Assembly (NCBI GenBank): GCA_049602055.1
Contig: JBMYRG010000013.1
Location: 12,384 to 76,383, forward strand
Length of the DNA stretch: 64,000 nt
Source: Alphaproteobacteria bacterium
Lineage (GTDB): Bacteria > Pseudomonadota > Alphaproteobacteria > MPNO01 > UBA2964
Direction: 5' to 3'
The translations under genes and the position numbers were made by a program. Below, one piece after another: positions 48,389 to 58,659 of the stretch (its first letter is position 1; each line of letters begins with the position of its first letter). The notes below the pieces were generated by a model. That model searched no databases. It was not told where the DNA came from and worked only from the letters and a program-made list of their open reading frames with translations.

Positions 48389-49360
48389 GTGTCAGGGTGG
48401 CGCGCACATTGCCTTGAAATGTCCAAATCCCCAGAAACCAAGCCACCAGGACTAACTTTCATGGCGCCCATTCTCGAGCGCTGGAGCCTCATTTCACCAA
48501 ACATACGGGGCGCCTGTTTTGTGGTTGTTGGCGCCTTTCTGCTGATCGTAATGGCGTCACTCGTCAAACATCTCGGCAAGACATTGCCTGCCTTCGAGGT
48601 GCTGTTTGTTCGTTTTCTAGCCGGTCTAATTGTCATCACACCACTCGTATGGCGAATGGGTCTAGGAATCGTCAAAACTTCAAAAATACATCTCCACGCA
48701 GCGCGTGGATTTGTCGGGTTCATGGGCAACCTTTGTTTCTTTTTTGCGTTGATACACATCACTCTGGCAGACACAGTAACCATTCAGTTTTCGCGTCCGA
48801 TGATCATGATTGTTGTTGCAGCGCTCTTCCTGAATGAAGTGATCGGATTTAAGCGCGGTATCGTCACATTGTTAGGGTTCAGTGGAATCCTACTAATAAC
48901 AAAACCCTTCGGAGTCGGATTTGATCCCTGGTATCTGGTTGCTCTGGGTGGAACCGTATTTGGTACGGGAGTCGTCCTGACGGTTAAACTGCTAAGCCGT
49001 ACAGAATCGACGGTAACGATAATGTTCTACTTCGCGTTATTCACCACGCTACTGGCTTTCATTCCGGCAATGTTTGTCTGGCAGACCCCGACTTGGACGG
49101 AGCTCATTCTTCTCGCCCTCACCGGCACGCTCGGAATCGTTGGCCAAGGACTGTTCACGCATGGCGTCGGACTCGGAGAAACCAGCTTCGTAATGCCATT
49201 TGATTACATGCGGATCGTTTATGCATTCTTCCTTGGCATCATATGGTTCTCGGAGACTCCTGGTTGGTGGAGTTATGGTGGTGCCGCGATCATTATCGGC
49301 AGCAGTGTCTATCTTCTGCGAACTGGAAACGCGAAAAAGGCCGTAGCGAAAGAAGATTGA
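48389..49360 (+). CDS. DMT-superfamily transporter (EamA family)
   Basis: 10 TM segments. Contains 'GETSFVMPFDYMRIVYAFFLGIIWFSETPGWWSYGGAAIIIGS'. The start is uncertain (MSKSPET or MAPILERW). Confidence 0.7.
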   Translation: MSGWRAHCLEMSKSPETKPPGLTFMAPILERWSLISPNIRGACFVVVGAFLLIVMASLVKHLGKTLPAFEVLFVRFLAGLIVITPLVWRMGLGIVKTSKIHLHAARGFVGFMGNLCFFFALIHITLADTVTIQFSRPMIMIVVAALFLNEVIGFKRGIVTLLGFSGILLITKPFGVGFDPWYLVALGGTVFGTGVVLTVKLLSRTESTVTIMFYFALFTTLLAFIPAMFVWQTPTWTELILLALTGTLGIVGQGLFTHGVGLGETSFVMPFDYMRIVYAFFLGIIWFSETPGWWSYGGAAIIIGSSVYLLRTGNAKKAVAKED

Positions 49361-49408
49361 AGACAGTATTCAAGAAAACAAAATCCATTCCACGACAGGG
49401 AGACTGTT

Positions 49409-50353
49409 ATGACCACATTAATCACCGGCGCCGGCCTCGTCGGCACCTCCTACGCCCAGCATGCCGTTCGCCGCGGCGAAAAAGTCGTTTTTGTTGACCC
49501 TCTCCCGCGCGAAGACTATATCCGCGCCAAGCTCGGCAATGCCGATTACACCTATATCAATGAAGATGTCCGTAGCCTTCCCGGACTGGTTTCCACGATC
49601 AACACCCATGGCGTGGATACCATCCTCAATACGGCATCGGTCATTGGCAAGAAGGTCAGCAACCCAATTCATTTTGGATACGACCTCAATGTCGGCGGGG
49701 TCATGGCGGTCGCCAATGCTGCACGACTCACCGGTATCAAGCGTGTCATCCATATCAGTACCTTCGGCGCGTATAACTGGCGAAAGATCACCAAAAGCCC
49801 GGTCGTCGAGGACAACCTTCTCGGAGCAGGTTCAGCCTACAGCAACTCAAAAGTCTCGCAGGAAATGATCCTCGAAGCCTATGCCGAGGATGCAGGTTTT
49901 GACCTGTTCATGCTGCGGCTGGCAAACGTCTTTGGTGTTGGTCATTTCTGGGCTGGTTCAGGCGGCGGCCAAAAAGTCCAGGACCTTGTTATGGCCGGAG
50001 TCACGGGGGAACCAGCAAAAATTCCCGAAGAGCAAACGATGGATTTCGTCTATCTATACGCCAAGGATTGCGGTCGCGCCGTTGATATTTGCGCAACTAT
50101 CGACCAACCCTCTGAACGCGTTTTCAATATCGCATATCCCGTTGTCACATCATTCAATGATCTGGTTGCGATTATAAAGGATCAGCTACCGAATTTACGA
50201 GTCGATATTATCCCCGGAGAACCGCCATTAAACCGGGGTGCAGCCCTTGACATCACCCGCGCCAAAGAAATGTTGGGATGGGAACCGGAATTTTCCATGG
50301 AAGACGCCTTTGCGGACTATGCGGCGGACCTAAGAGCACAGATGGATAAATAA
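49409..50353 (+). CDS. NAD-dependent epimerase/dehydratase (extended SDR)
   Basis: N-terminal 'MTTLITGAGLVGTSYAQH' (GxxGxxG), and a YxxxK in 'YSNSK'. Length is 314 aa. Confidence 0.8.
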   Translation: MTTLITGAGLVGTSYAQHAVRRGEKVVFVDPLPREDYIRAKLGNADYTYINEDVRSLPGLVSTINTHGVDTILNTASVIGKKVSNPIHFGYDLNVGGVMAVANAARLTGIKRVIHISTFGAYNWRKITKSPVVEDNLLGAGSAYSNSKVSQEMILEAYAEDAGFDLFMLRLANVFGVGHFWAGSGGGQKVQDLVMAGVTGEPAKIPEEQTMDFVYLYAKDCGRAVDICATIDQPSERVFNIAYPVVTSFNDLVAIIKDQLPNLRVDIIPGEPPLNRGAALDITRAKEMLGWEPEFSMEDAFADYAADLRAQMDK

Positions 50354-50471
50354 ATCTTCAAAGACGCAGGGATAAATCGCTCTAATCCTTCGTAAAGAGT
50401 ATTGGATAGAAATATCCTTTGCCTAATCTCCGTCGGCATCCGATCGCGTCGACGGCACAGGAGATGGACAG

Positions 50472-51797
50472 ATGACCAGTGTCGATGCCTTTATCGCTGC
50501 CAACCGGTTTGGGCTTGGTCCCAAAGGCGGATATCTGGGTGGAATAGCTGCCGATCCACAAAGCTGGTTAATGCGCCAACTCGGAACAGAAGATGGCGCA
50601 CTCCCACATCTGCAAGATTTACCGACAAGCGAAGCAGTCGTTCGTACCTGGATGCAGGCACGAGGCTCGCGCGAAATGCGCAAAATATTCAGCAAAAATC
50701 GCATAAAACCGTTATTTCGCAAAGAAATCATACAACGCACCCGGGCTGCGATTGAGACCGACACGCCGTTTCGAGAGCGTCTGGTTAGGTTCTGGAGCAA
50801 CCATTTTACCGTTTCGATCACCAAAGGCCGCGTTAGGGGAATCGCTGGCGCATTTGAACGCGAGGCCATCAGACCTTTCGCCACTGGCAACTTCGCCGAC
50901 ATGCTGTTGGCGGTCATGCGACATCCCGCCATGCTTATCTATCTCGATAATCAGGCCTCTATCGGCCCCAATTCGCGACTGGGCAAAAAAAGAAATAAAG
51001 GTCTAAACGAGAACCTGGCTCGCGAAATTCTTGAACTACACACGTTGGGCGTGAACGGTGGCTATACGCAAGATGATGTCATCGCTTTAGCCAAGATGTT
51101 GACTGGATGGTCGGTCGCGGGAAAACGCTCCCCTCACGCCGGACGATTCAAATTTAATGCACAACGGCATGAACCCGGCGCAAAGCAATTTATGGGAAGG
51201 CGTTATCACGAAGACGGCGAGGAGGAAGCAGAGCAGGCACTTCGCGCACTCGTCAAACATCCTTCTACTTCCCGGTTCGTCGCAACAAAACTTGCCCGGC
51301 ATTTTGTATCGGACAGCCCCTCCGCTCAAGTCGTGGGCCAGCTCCAGAGAAAATTCCAGGAAACCGGTGGCGATCTTGGTGCCATGGCGCGTGAACTCAT
51401 TACGCTGTCAGCCATATGGGACGAGCCCCTTACCAAAGTTAAATCACCCAGTGAGCTGGTCATTTCCGTCATGCGTATGTTGGGGCCACCCTAAAAACCC
51501 AAGCAAATGATCCATCCATTACGATTGTTGGGTCAATTGCCCTTCTCCGCTCCCTCACCAGCGGGGTGGCCTGATACGGCGAAAGACTGGATTAGTCCAG
51601 AATCTTTGTTACGCCGTATTGAACTTATGGATTTCCTGGCACGCCGCCAAACAACGCGCGAGGACCCCATAACACTTGCGGATCAAGCATTTGGCCCCGT
51701 CGCCCGCGAAGAAACTTTACTGGCTATCAGACGGGCGCCAAGCCGTCGGGCCGCTTTTTCTGTTCTTCTCTCTAGCCCCGAATTTCAGCGGAGATAA
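50472..51797 (+). pseudogene. DUF1800-family protein interrupted by one in-frame TAA (51492-51494)
   Basis: ORFs 50472..51494 and 51507..51797 share a frame. The only stop between them is the TAA. The downstream piece ends '...LLSSPEFQRR', like the DUF1800 C-termini I recall. Together they give about 440 aa, a typical DUF1800 length. Confidence 0.5.
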
Positions 51798-51800
51798 CTT

Positions 51801-52999
51801 ATGACATCACGTCGTGGATTCCTGATGGGCGCGACCGCCGCCGGATTGTTAAGCGCCGTTGCACTCCCTGGCATTGCTGTCGCTGCTGCAAACACAAAAA
51901 AACGATTTGTCCTTGTCATTTTACGTGGCGGGATGGATGGATTGGCTGCCTTCCCGCCAATTGGTGACCCCGATTACCAGTCGCTTCGCAGCGGCTTAGC
52001 CCAAGCGGCAGATGACACTATTGCCCTTGACGGTAATTTTTCAATGCATAAGTCGTTGGCACCGCTGATGAAACATTACAAAAAACGTCATATGGCCGTT
52101 GTCCATGCCGTAGCTGTTCCACAACGGACTCGTTCGCATTTTGACGCCCAAAACGTTCTCGAAAACGGCGCTTCTAAAGCGCATTTATTACAAGACGGCT
52201 GGCTCAATCGAGCCTTAAGGGTGATTGATTATAGGGAACAACGGCTCGGATTGTCTGTTGGGTACAGCACACCACCCGTGATGCGCGGAACGACCCCCAC
52301 CACTTCATGGGCGCCAGCCCGCATCCCCCTTCGCCACCTGATCTACTTGATACATTGGGGAGCCTATACCAATCCGACCCTATACTAGGTCGAGCACTCA
52401 ACGAAGGACGGCGGGCGCAGGAGATGACGGGCGCTGTCCTCGGCGATACCAAAATGAAACGAGGCAATATGCGTAGCCCTGGACGATTTAAATCACTTGC
52501 TGAATCTGCCGGAAGACTACTCGCGGCAGAGCAAGGCGCCAGGATCGCGGTCATTGAGATGGGTGGCTGGGACACACACGCAAATCAAGGAGCAACGACC
52601 GGGCGATTAGCGCGCAATCTCGGACTGTTAGCGAACGGGCTTAACGAACTTTCACTGCAACTCGGTCCTGTTTGGCGAGATACTGTTGTCTGCGTCGTCA
52701 CCGAGTTTGGCAGAACTGTCCGCATGAATGGCAGCAAAGGCACCGACCACGGAACCGCAGGCGCCGCTATTTTACTAGGCGGGGCGATTGCTGGTGGACG
52801 GGTCGCAACGCGATGGCCCGGATTAGCGCCGAACGCCCTTTATGGCGGCCGGGATTTAGCCCCGACAACACATATGCGTGGCCTGTTCAAAACCGTTCTG
52901 CATAATCACCTCAATATTCCCTCAGCTGCCCTCGACCAGAAAGTATTCCCAGACAGTAAAAAAGCCGAAGCACCACTAGGACAACTTGTTCGGATATAG
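51801..52999 (+). pseudogene. DUF1501-family (Tat-signal, sulfatase-like) protein with a frameshift near 52328-52334
   Basis: An N-terminal twin-arginine signal 'SRRGFLMGATAAG' and 'VLVILRGGMDGL' are in frame 0. Frame 2 continues from 'PSPPDLLDTLGSLYQSDP...' to the 'GTDHG' C-terminus. The junction falls at a CCCCC run. Confidence 0.55.
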
Positions 53000-53148
53000 T
53001 CGTAAATTGGCAAATATTCGATTATTGCGGCCAAAATCACCGAAAATAAAATATGCGAATCTTACTAGCGCAGCGGGTGTTTTGACCGTACGCTATGAGT
53101 ACAAAAACGACTCATAAAGAGCGTAGCTATCTCAGGGGAACAACAAGA

Positions 53149-54261
53149 ATGATTTCAATCAGCCATCTAATGAAAGAATTCACGGTGACCGATGGCAAGG
53201 TCGCAGCGCTAAACGACCTCAACATCGAAGTCGACCCAGGTGAATTTTTTGTCATTGTTGGTGCCAGTGGTTCTGGCAAAACCACGCTCCTGCGCTCTGT
53301 CGCAGGGCTCGAGACGCCCGACACAGGCTCCATAAAAATCGCAGACCGCACGGTATTTTCAAACGAGCCCCCTGTTTGGATACCAGCGCAAGAACGCGGA
53401 TTTGGCATGGTGTTTCAATCCTATGCCGTCTGGCCGCATTTAACGGTCTATGAAAACGTGGCCTTACCGCTAAAAGAAGGCGCCCAAAAAATCCCGAGCA
53501 ACGAAGTCGACGGGCGCGTTAAACAAGCCCTTGAAATGGTCCAGCTGGAAGAGCAAATACACAGACCTTCGACGCTGTTGAGTGGTGGCCAACAACAGCG
53601 CGTTGCCTTGGCACGCGCCATTGCCGTGAACCCTAGTGTTCTCCTGATGGATGAACCCCTCAGCAATCTGGACGCCCGCCTTCGCGAAGAGGTTCGCGGC
53701 AAAATTCGTGAACTCGCGAAACACCTTGAAGCCACTGTCCTTTATGTGACTCACGATCAGATCGAGGCCATGGCCGTTGCCGACAAGATTGCCCTTATGA
53801 GTTTCGGCAAGCTGTTACAATATGGTGCTCCAATTGACCTCTACAGAAATTCCAATTGCGCAGAAGTTGCGGAATTTTTTGGCACAGTAAACTGGCTGCC
53901 CGGCGAGTTGGACGGAGATGTTGTAAAGACAAAAATTGGTGAGTTCTCCGCATCTCAGAAATCGATTGACGATAAGAATGTCTGGGTCGGAATCAGGCCG
54001 GAGTGCCTGGCATTTCCTGAAGAGCCATACAACTCACAACCCAACCATATTCTCGCCGATCTAAAGCATTCTGTGTTCCTCGGTGATCAGTACACTTTCG
54101 AAGCGTTATCCTCCGATTCAGTTTTACATGGCAAAAGCCGGTCGGCACCCAAAATGCAGTCGGATCGACTGCATATTGCGGTAGATCCAGACGATGTAAT
54201 GATATTCGCAGCAGATGATAGTAATTCGACATTTATCAATGCCTCGATGGCGGCCAACTAG
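53149..54261 (+). CDS. ABC transporter ATP-binding protein (PotA/FbpC/MalK-like importer ATPase)
   Basis: Walker A 'GASGSGKTTLLR', signature 'LSGGQQQRVALARA', Walker B 'LLMDEPLSNLD', and a C-terminal TOBE-like domain. The start is set at MISISHL, which has an AGGGGAA RBS. Confidence 0.85.
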   Translation: MISISHLMKEFTVTDGKVAALNDLNIEVDPGEFFVIVGASGSGKTTLLRSVAGLETPDTGSIKIADRTVFSNEPPVWIPAQERGFGMVFQSYAVWPHLTVYENVALPLKEGAQKIPSNEVDGRVKQALEMVQLEEQIHRPSTLLSGGQQQRVALARAIAVNPSVLLMDEPLSNLDARLREEVRGKIRELAKHLEATVLYVTHDQIEAMAVADKIALMSFGKLLQYGAPIDLYRNSNCAEVAEFFGTVNWLPGELDGDVVKTKIGEFSASQKSIDDKNVWVGIRPECLAFPEEPYNSQPNHILADLKHSVFLGDQYTFEALSSDSVLHGKSRSAPKMQSDRLHIAVDPDDVMIFAADDSNSTFINASMAAN

Positions 54262-54467
54262 TGCTGCCTATGAACCTGGATTTTCGTTTTGGATGTACTC
54301 AATATAACAAGTAACGGACTGTCGCCAAGAAACTAAATTTGCTGATAACTGTTTAAATTCTGAAAATTTAGGATCGAGGCCAAAAAAGAAAAAATACTTT
54401 AGGGGCGAAACAGAGACGTTGCGTCCACATTGAAGCAGAAAGACAAAGAAAGGTAAGGAGGCCGTTT

Positions 54468-55580
54468 ATGTCAAACAAGATTTCAACTTTATCCGCCCTT
54501 GCAGTGATTCCAGTCACCGCATTGTTGGCGTTGGGTCCCGCATCTGCTGCGGACGCACCAAAAAATCTGCAAGAACTTATTGCAGGGGCAAAAAAAGAGT
54601 CGACACTGCGCATTTTATGGTCGTCCGCCAGCTTAAACGGGAGTAAAGGCGCCAAACATATCGTCTCTTCCATGAATAAAAAGTATGGCACGAACATCAA
54701 AGTAAAATTCACACCAGGGCCTTCCATGACCCGGGTTATCGCTAAGCTTACCCGCGAAATGAAGGCGGGTCAGAATGCCAGTTCCGATGTTGTCTGGAAT
54801 AACTCCGGTGGCTCACTAAAGGGTTCAAAAATTGGGCTGTTCCGCAAGATGAACTGGCTGAATTATCTCAGTCGCCCCATGCTTAAGGAAAAAGGCTTCG
54901 ATCCGGTCGCCCCCAATGGCACTGGCATTGCAAGCGCAGGGACACTCGTTGGCGTCGTTTACAACAGCGATATGGTAAAGGGTGCCGATATTCCAAAGAC
55001 TCTCGCCGACACGCTAAGACCCAAATGGAAAGGCAAAATTGCATCAACCCCTTACGCAGCGGGCATGCGGGAATTTGCCATGCCTGATCTCTTGGGCACG
55101 GAGAAAATGACGGCCTACACCAAGAAGCTGTCTGACAATATTGGTGGCCTGATGCGTTGTGGTTCAATGAATAAGATCACCAGCGGTGAGTTTCTGATGC
55201 TGGTTTTGAGCTGTGGCGATCAGTATGTAAATCAGGCAAAGCGTCGTGGTGAACCGCTTGGCTATGCCCTGATGGACGAAGCAGTTGTTTCACATACACG
55301 CTATGGCTCTGTCCCAACACATTCACAATCGCCAAACGCTGCAGCCCTGTTCATCGTCTGGCTGCACAGCAAAGAAGGACAGAAATGGATGTGGGAAAAA
55401 GTCGGTATGGATTTACCACTGTACCCCGAGTCCCATATGCGGAAAAAAATTCTTGCCCAAAAAGCTAAGGGTGCAAAAATCGTTATGAATTCCCCGCAAT
55501 GGCTGGGTGCTCAAGGCGGTTATGTAAAAACCCGTAAAGCCCTTCAGAAGATTCTGAAAAAGAAGAAAAAGAAAAAATAG
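54468..55580 (+). CDS. ABC transporter periplasmic substrate-binding protein (SBP family 1, Fe(III)/polyamine-type) with a C-terminal poly-Lys tail
   Basis: Signal peptide, 370 aa mature SBP. It ends '...ALQKILKKKKKKK'. RBS is GGTAAGGAGG. Confidence 0.75.
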   Translation: MSNKISTLSALAVIPVTALLALGPASAADAPKNLQELIAGAKKESTLRILWSSASLNGSKGAKHIVSSMNKKYGTNIKVKFTPGPSMTRVIAKLTREMKAGQNASSDVVWNNSGGSLKGSKIGLFRKMNWLNYLSRPMLKEKGFDPVAPNGTGIASAGTLVGVVYNSDMVKGADIPKTLADTLRPKWKGKIASTPYAAGMREFAMPDLLGTEKMTAYTKKLSDNIGGLMRCGSMNKITSGEFLMLVLSCGDQYVNQAKRRGEPLGYALMDEAVVSHTRYGSVPTHSQSPNAAALFIVWLHSKEGQKWMWEKVGMDLPLYPESHMRKKILAQKAKGAKIVMNSPQWLGAQGGYVKTRKALQKILKKKKKKK

Positions 55581-55602
55581 GCGCTATTTTTCGCGAAATG
55601 AG

Positions 55603-55640
55603 CGGGTTGGGGAGTTTCACTCCCCAACCCGTAAATTTCT
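55603..55640 (+). terminator. Stem-loop terminator or attenuator after the SBP gene
   Basis: Perfect 12-bp stem cgggttggggag / ctccccaacccg with loop tttca, followed by taaatttct. Confidence 0.5.
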
Positions 55641-55673
55641 AAAAAATCTCCGCTTCTGATAGGAACACCCCCT

Positions 55674-57377
55674 TTGCATTCCAAGTCCTCCCCTACGCTG
55701 ATGGTGCTAGCCGCTCTACCGATGTTTGTCATCGTGGTGCTGGTTGGCGTGCTTATTTCAATCAGTTTCCAATCCGGGATCATTGGAACATCAGACGCCA
55801 AATTTACATTGGACAATTATAGGGATCTTTTTACCGATCCAATAATTGGAGAAGCACTATACAACACCATCATTTTTTCGGTCACCGCGACGTTGGTTTC
55901 AATGGGAATTGGGCTACCAATCGCATGGCTGACCGAAAGAACGACGATGAGCGCCAAGAGCGCGGTCTATGCGATTATGACGCTGGGCCTCCTTATCCCC
56001 GGCATCTATACAGCGATGGGTTGGACATTCCTCGCCCACGAACGGATTGGTTTTCTGAACAGATGGGCGACCCAGTTTTTCTCGCTTACCGAAGCGCCCA
56101 TAAATATTGCGACACCCATCGGCATGGGCTTTGTACAGGGCCTTAGCCTCGCAGCGTTGGGATTTATTCTGACGGCACAGATGTTCCGCGCGATGAATCC
56201 ATCTTTGGAAGAAGCTGCTAAAATTCATGGGTTGGGTTTCTTTGGCACTATGCGCCGGGTCACCCTGCCGCTCGCAATGCCGGCAATCCTGGCAGCCGTT
56301 ATTTATATTGTCGTTATCGGCATAGCGACGTTCGACGTTCCCGCGATTATCGGTCTTGCGAACCGGGTCTATTTGATCAGTACCTATGTATTTGAAAAAG
56401 CCAATCCAGGAGACGAAGAATTCTCGCAACACGGGATTACAGCAGCCCTTGGCGTAATCATGATCGTAGTCGCCCTGCTTCTGACCTGGTGGTACAGCAG
56501 CGTTTTGCGTCAGGGTGATAAATATCAGGTTGTAACCGGGAAAGGCTATCGTCCCACGCTGATCGATATTGGCCATTGGGGAAAAGCAGCCTGGGCCTTC
56601 ATTATTATTTACATCATCGCCGCAAAGGTTATCCCGCTGTTGCTCATCGCCTATGCAGCGTTTGTGCCCTATCTCGCACCGCCATCCGCTAAGATGTTCA
56701 GCCTTATGTCCCTAGACGGCATCATGGAAAACATGGATTGGGACCTGGTTCTACGGGGGTTAAAGAATACGGTCCTGCTTGTCCTGATCGTCCCTGCCGT
56801 AACGCTAATTCTCGCGTTCAGCGTATCGTGGCTCATTGTGAGAGGCCGAACCAGAACGCGATATGTACTGGAATTTGGTGCCTTTCTGCCACATGCCCTA
56901 CCAGAAGTTATCCTCGCTGTTGCCGCTATTCTCCTGTCGCTATTTGTACTCAAGGATTTCGTACCACTCTATGGCACGTTGACCCTCATTGCGGCGGTAT
57001 ACGTCATCACCCGGATTAGCTTTGCGACAAGAGCCATAAATAGTGCCCTTCTACAAATCCACAAGGAATTGGAAGAGGCCGCGCATGTATCCGGGCTTTC
57101 TGAAATCAGAACGTCCTGGCGAATTCTTGTCCCTCTTCTACGGCCAACACTTATGTCCGTATGGATATGGTCCGCTATCCTCGTCTATCGCGAGCTCACC
57201 GTCGCTGTGTTCCTGGTAGGTCATGACAATATTACCTTGCCCGCAGTGATCTGGAGCTACTGGAACTCCGGCGCAACCAATCTGGCAGCGGCAGTGACCC
57301 TCATCATGACGCTGGTGCTGACACCGCTGGTCCTACTTTTCTGGTGGTTTGGCAGAAAATCGGTGATGTCGAACTAA
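55674..57377 (+). CDS. ABC transporter permease, fused two-domain type (FbpB/ThiP-like, about 12 TM)
   Basis: 567 aa protein with two EAA-loop-containing halves. Confidence 0.8.
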   Translation: MHSKSSPTLMVLAALPMFVIVVLVGVLISISFQSGIIGTSDAKFTLDNYRDLFTDPIIGEALYNTIIFSVTATLVSMGIGLPIAWLTERTTMSAKSAVYAIMTLGLLIPGIYTAMGWTFLAHERIGFLNRWATQFFSLTEAPINIATPIGMGFVQGLSLAALGFILTAQMFRAMNPSLEEAAKIHGLGFFGTMRRVTLPLAMPAILAAVIYIVVIGIATFDVPAIIGLANRVYLISTYVFEKANPGDEEFSQHGITAALGVIMIVVALLLTWWYSSVLRQGDKYQVVTGKGYRPTLIDIGHWGKAAWAFIIIYIIAAKVIPLLLIAYAAFVPYLAPPSAKMFSLMSLDGIMENMDWDLVLRGLKNTVLLVLIVPAVTLILAFSVSWLIVRGRTRTRYVLEFGAFLPHALPEVILAVAAILLSLFVLKDFVPLYGTLTLIAAVYVITRISFATRAINSALLQIHKELEEAAHVSGLSEIRTSWRILVPLLRPTLMSVWIWSAILVYRELTVAVFLVGHDNITLPAVIWSYWNSGATNLAAAVTLIMTLVLTPLVLLFWWFGRKSVMSN

Positions 57378-57417
57378 CCGCATCAGATCATAGCCTTAAT
57401 TCTTCAGAGGACGCATC

Positions 57418-58653
57418 ATGCTCGATTCGATTGATGGAAAATATAATGTCGGCGGCGTTCTGCTCGACCGCCCCTTCAAAATTCGTCGCCTAGGCCATTT
57501 TGGCATTAACGCGATCAAGATGGAGGAGGCACTCCATTTTTATCATGCGTTGATGGGCTTCAAAATCGTCGATATTCGTGACCCATTTCCCGATGGCCGT
57601 GAGATTCCTGACGAGCTAAAACCGTTTGGCGATTTGCGTGGCTATTTTTTCCGCTATTCGCACGATCATCATGCCTTCGTTCTCTATAACCATCGTCAGC
57701 GGGGTGCCATCGACAAGCTGGGAAGGTGGCGTGAGAACATTACCGTAAACCAAATTACCTGGCAGGTCGGCACTCTCGCCGAAGTGGTAAACGGACACCA
57801 CTGGCTGACTGATCGCGGCAGCAACATGATCCGCGCTGGACGCGATATGCCAGGTTCAAACTGGCACACCTATCTAATGGACGCTGACTGGTTCCAGAAC
57901 GAGCTATATTACGGCATCGAACAAATCGGCTGGGATGGCTATTCCAAACCCTGGGATATGCATAATCGCGAGTTCAAGGAAGTCGCCCCTCTACCGCAGA
58001 TATCTGAATACCAGGAAGTTAAAGAAGCCCTCGACGCTGGTGTCGAATTGAATACCGGCTATCGCGACATCGAGCCACTGGAAGAAAAATACGATGTCGA
58101 TGGCATTCTTCTTGGTCGCCCCTTCAAGATTACCAAAATTGGTCCGGTACGATTGTTTTGCCAGGACATCGACGCAGCACTTTCTTTTTATCGTGATTCA
58201 CTAGGATTTATTGAAACCGAAACGGTCGACTACAAAGGACACCGATGCGTGTTCCTGCGGAACAATACTGAACACCATTCAATGTCTCTTTATCCAATCG
58301 CTCTGCGTAAAGAGCTCGGTTGTCGAGAAGATACACAACTCTTTGCCTTTGCAGTTCGGCTTGCAAATTATCAGCAGCTAAAAAATGCCGTAAAATTCTT
58401 CCGTGAGCAGGGCTGCGCGGTCAGAGAAGATATCCCTCAAGAACTCTATCCCGGCATCGATTACACCGCCTTTGTCGTCGATCCTGACGGCCAACTGATT
58501 CAGCTTTACGCCTATATGGAACAGGTAGGCTGGGATGGAAAACCACGCCCTGCATGCGAGCGTCGCCCGGTTACACCCGGCGATTGGCCTGATGCTCTGG
58601 ACTCTGTTTCCGATAGCTATATGGGCGAACCATTTTTAGGGCCTCTCGGGTAA
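57418..58653 (+). CDS. VOC-family (glyoxalase/extradiol-dioxygenase fold) two-domain protein
   Basis: Two repeats of 'LGH/GP..INAIKMEEALHFY / FCQDIDAALSFYRDSLGF', typical of the VOC beta-alpha-beta-beta-beta fold. Length is 411 aa. Confidence 0.6.
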   Translation: MLDSIDGKYNVGGVLLDRPFKIRRLGHFGINAIKMEEALHFYHALMGFKIVDIRDPFPDGREIPDELKPFGDLRGYFFRYSHDHHAFVLYNHRQRGAIDKLGRWRENITVNQITWQVGTLAEVVNGHHWLTDRGSNMIRAGRDMPGSNWHTYLMDADWFQNELYYGIEQIGWDGYSKPWDMHNREFKEVAPLPQISEYQEVKEALDAGVELNTGYRDIEPLEEKYDVDGILLGRPFKITKIGPVRLFCQDIDAALSFYRDSLGFIETETVDYKGHRCVFLRNNTEHHSMSLYPIALRKELGCREDTQLFAFAVRLANYQQLKNAVKFFREQGCAVREDIPQELYPGIDYTAFVVDPDGQLIQLYAYMEQVGWDGKPRPACERRPVTPGDWPDALDSVSDSYMGEPFLGPLG

Positions 58654-58659
58654 CGGACC

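Noticed and set aside
43702-51494. Possibility of stop-codon reassignment or selenocysteine/pyrrolysine recoding explaining the in-frame stops
   Set aside because: The interrupting codons are TAG and TAA, not TGA. No SECIS-like or pyl-gene context is present. All other genes terminate normally with TAA, TAG and TGA, so a nonsense mutation or sequencing error is more parsimonious.
54262-54467. 206-bp leader upstream of the ABC substrate-binding protein, considered as a possible riboswitch
   Set aside because: I could not recognise conserved elements of any riboswitch class I know (TPP, cobalamin, SAM, glycine, and others) by eye. It is left unannotated.
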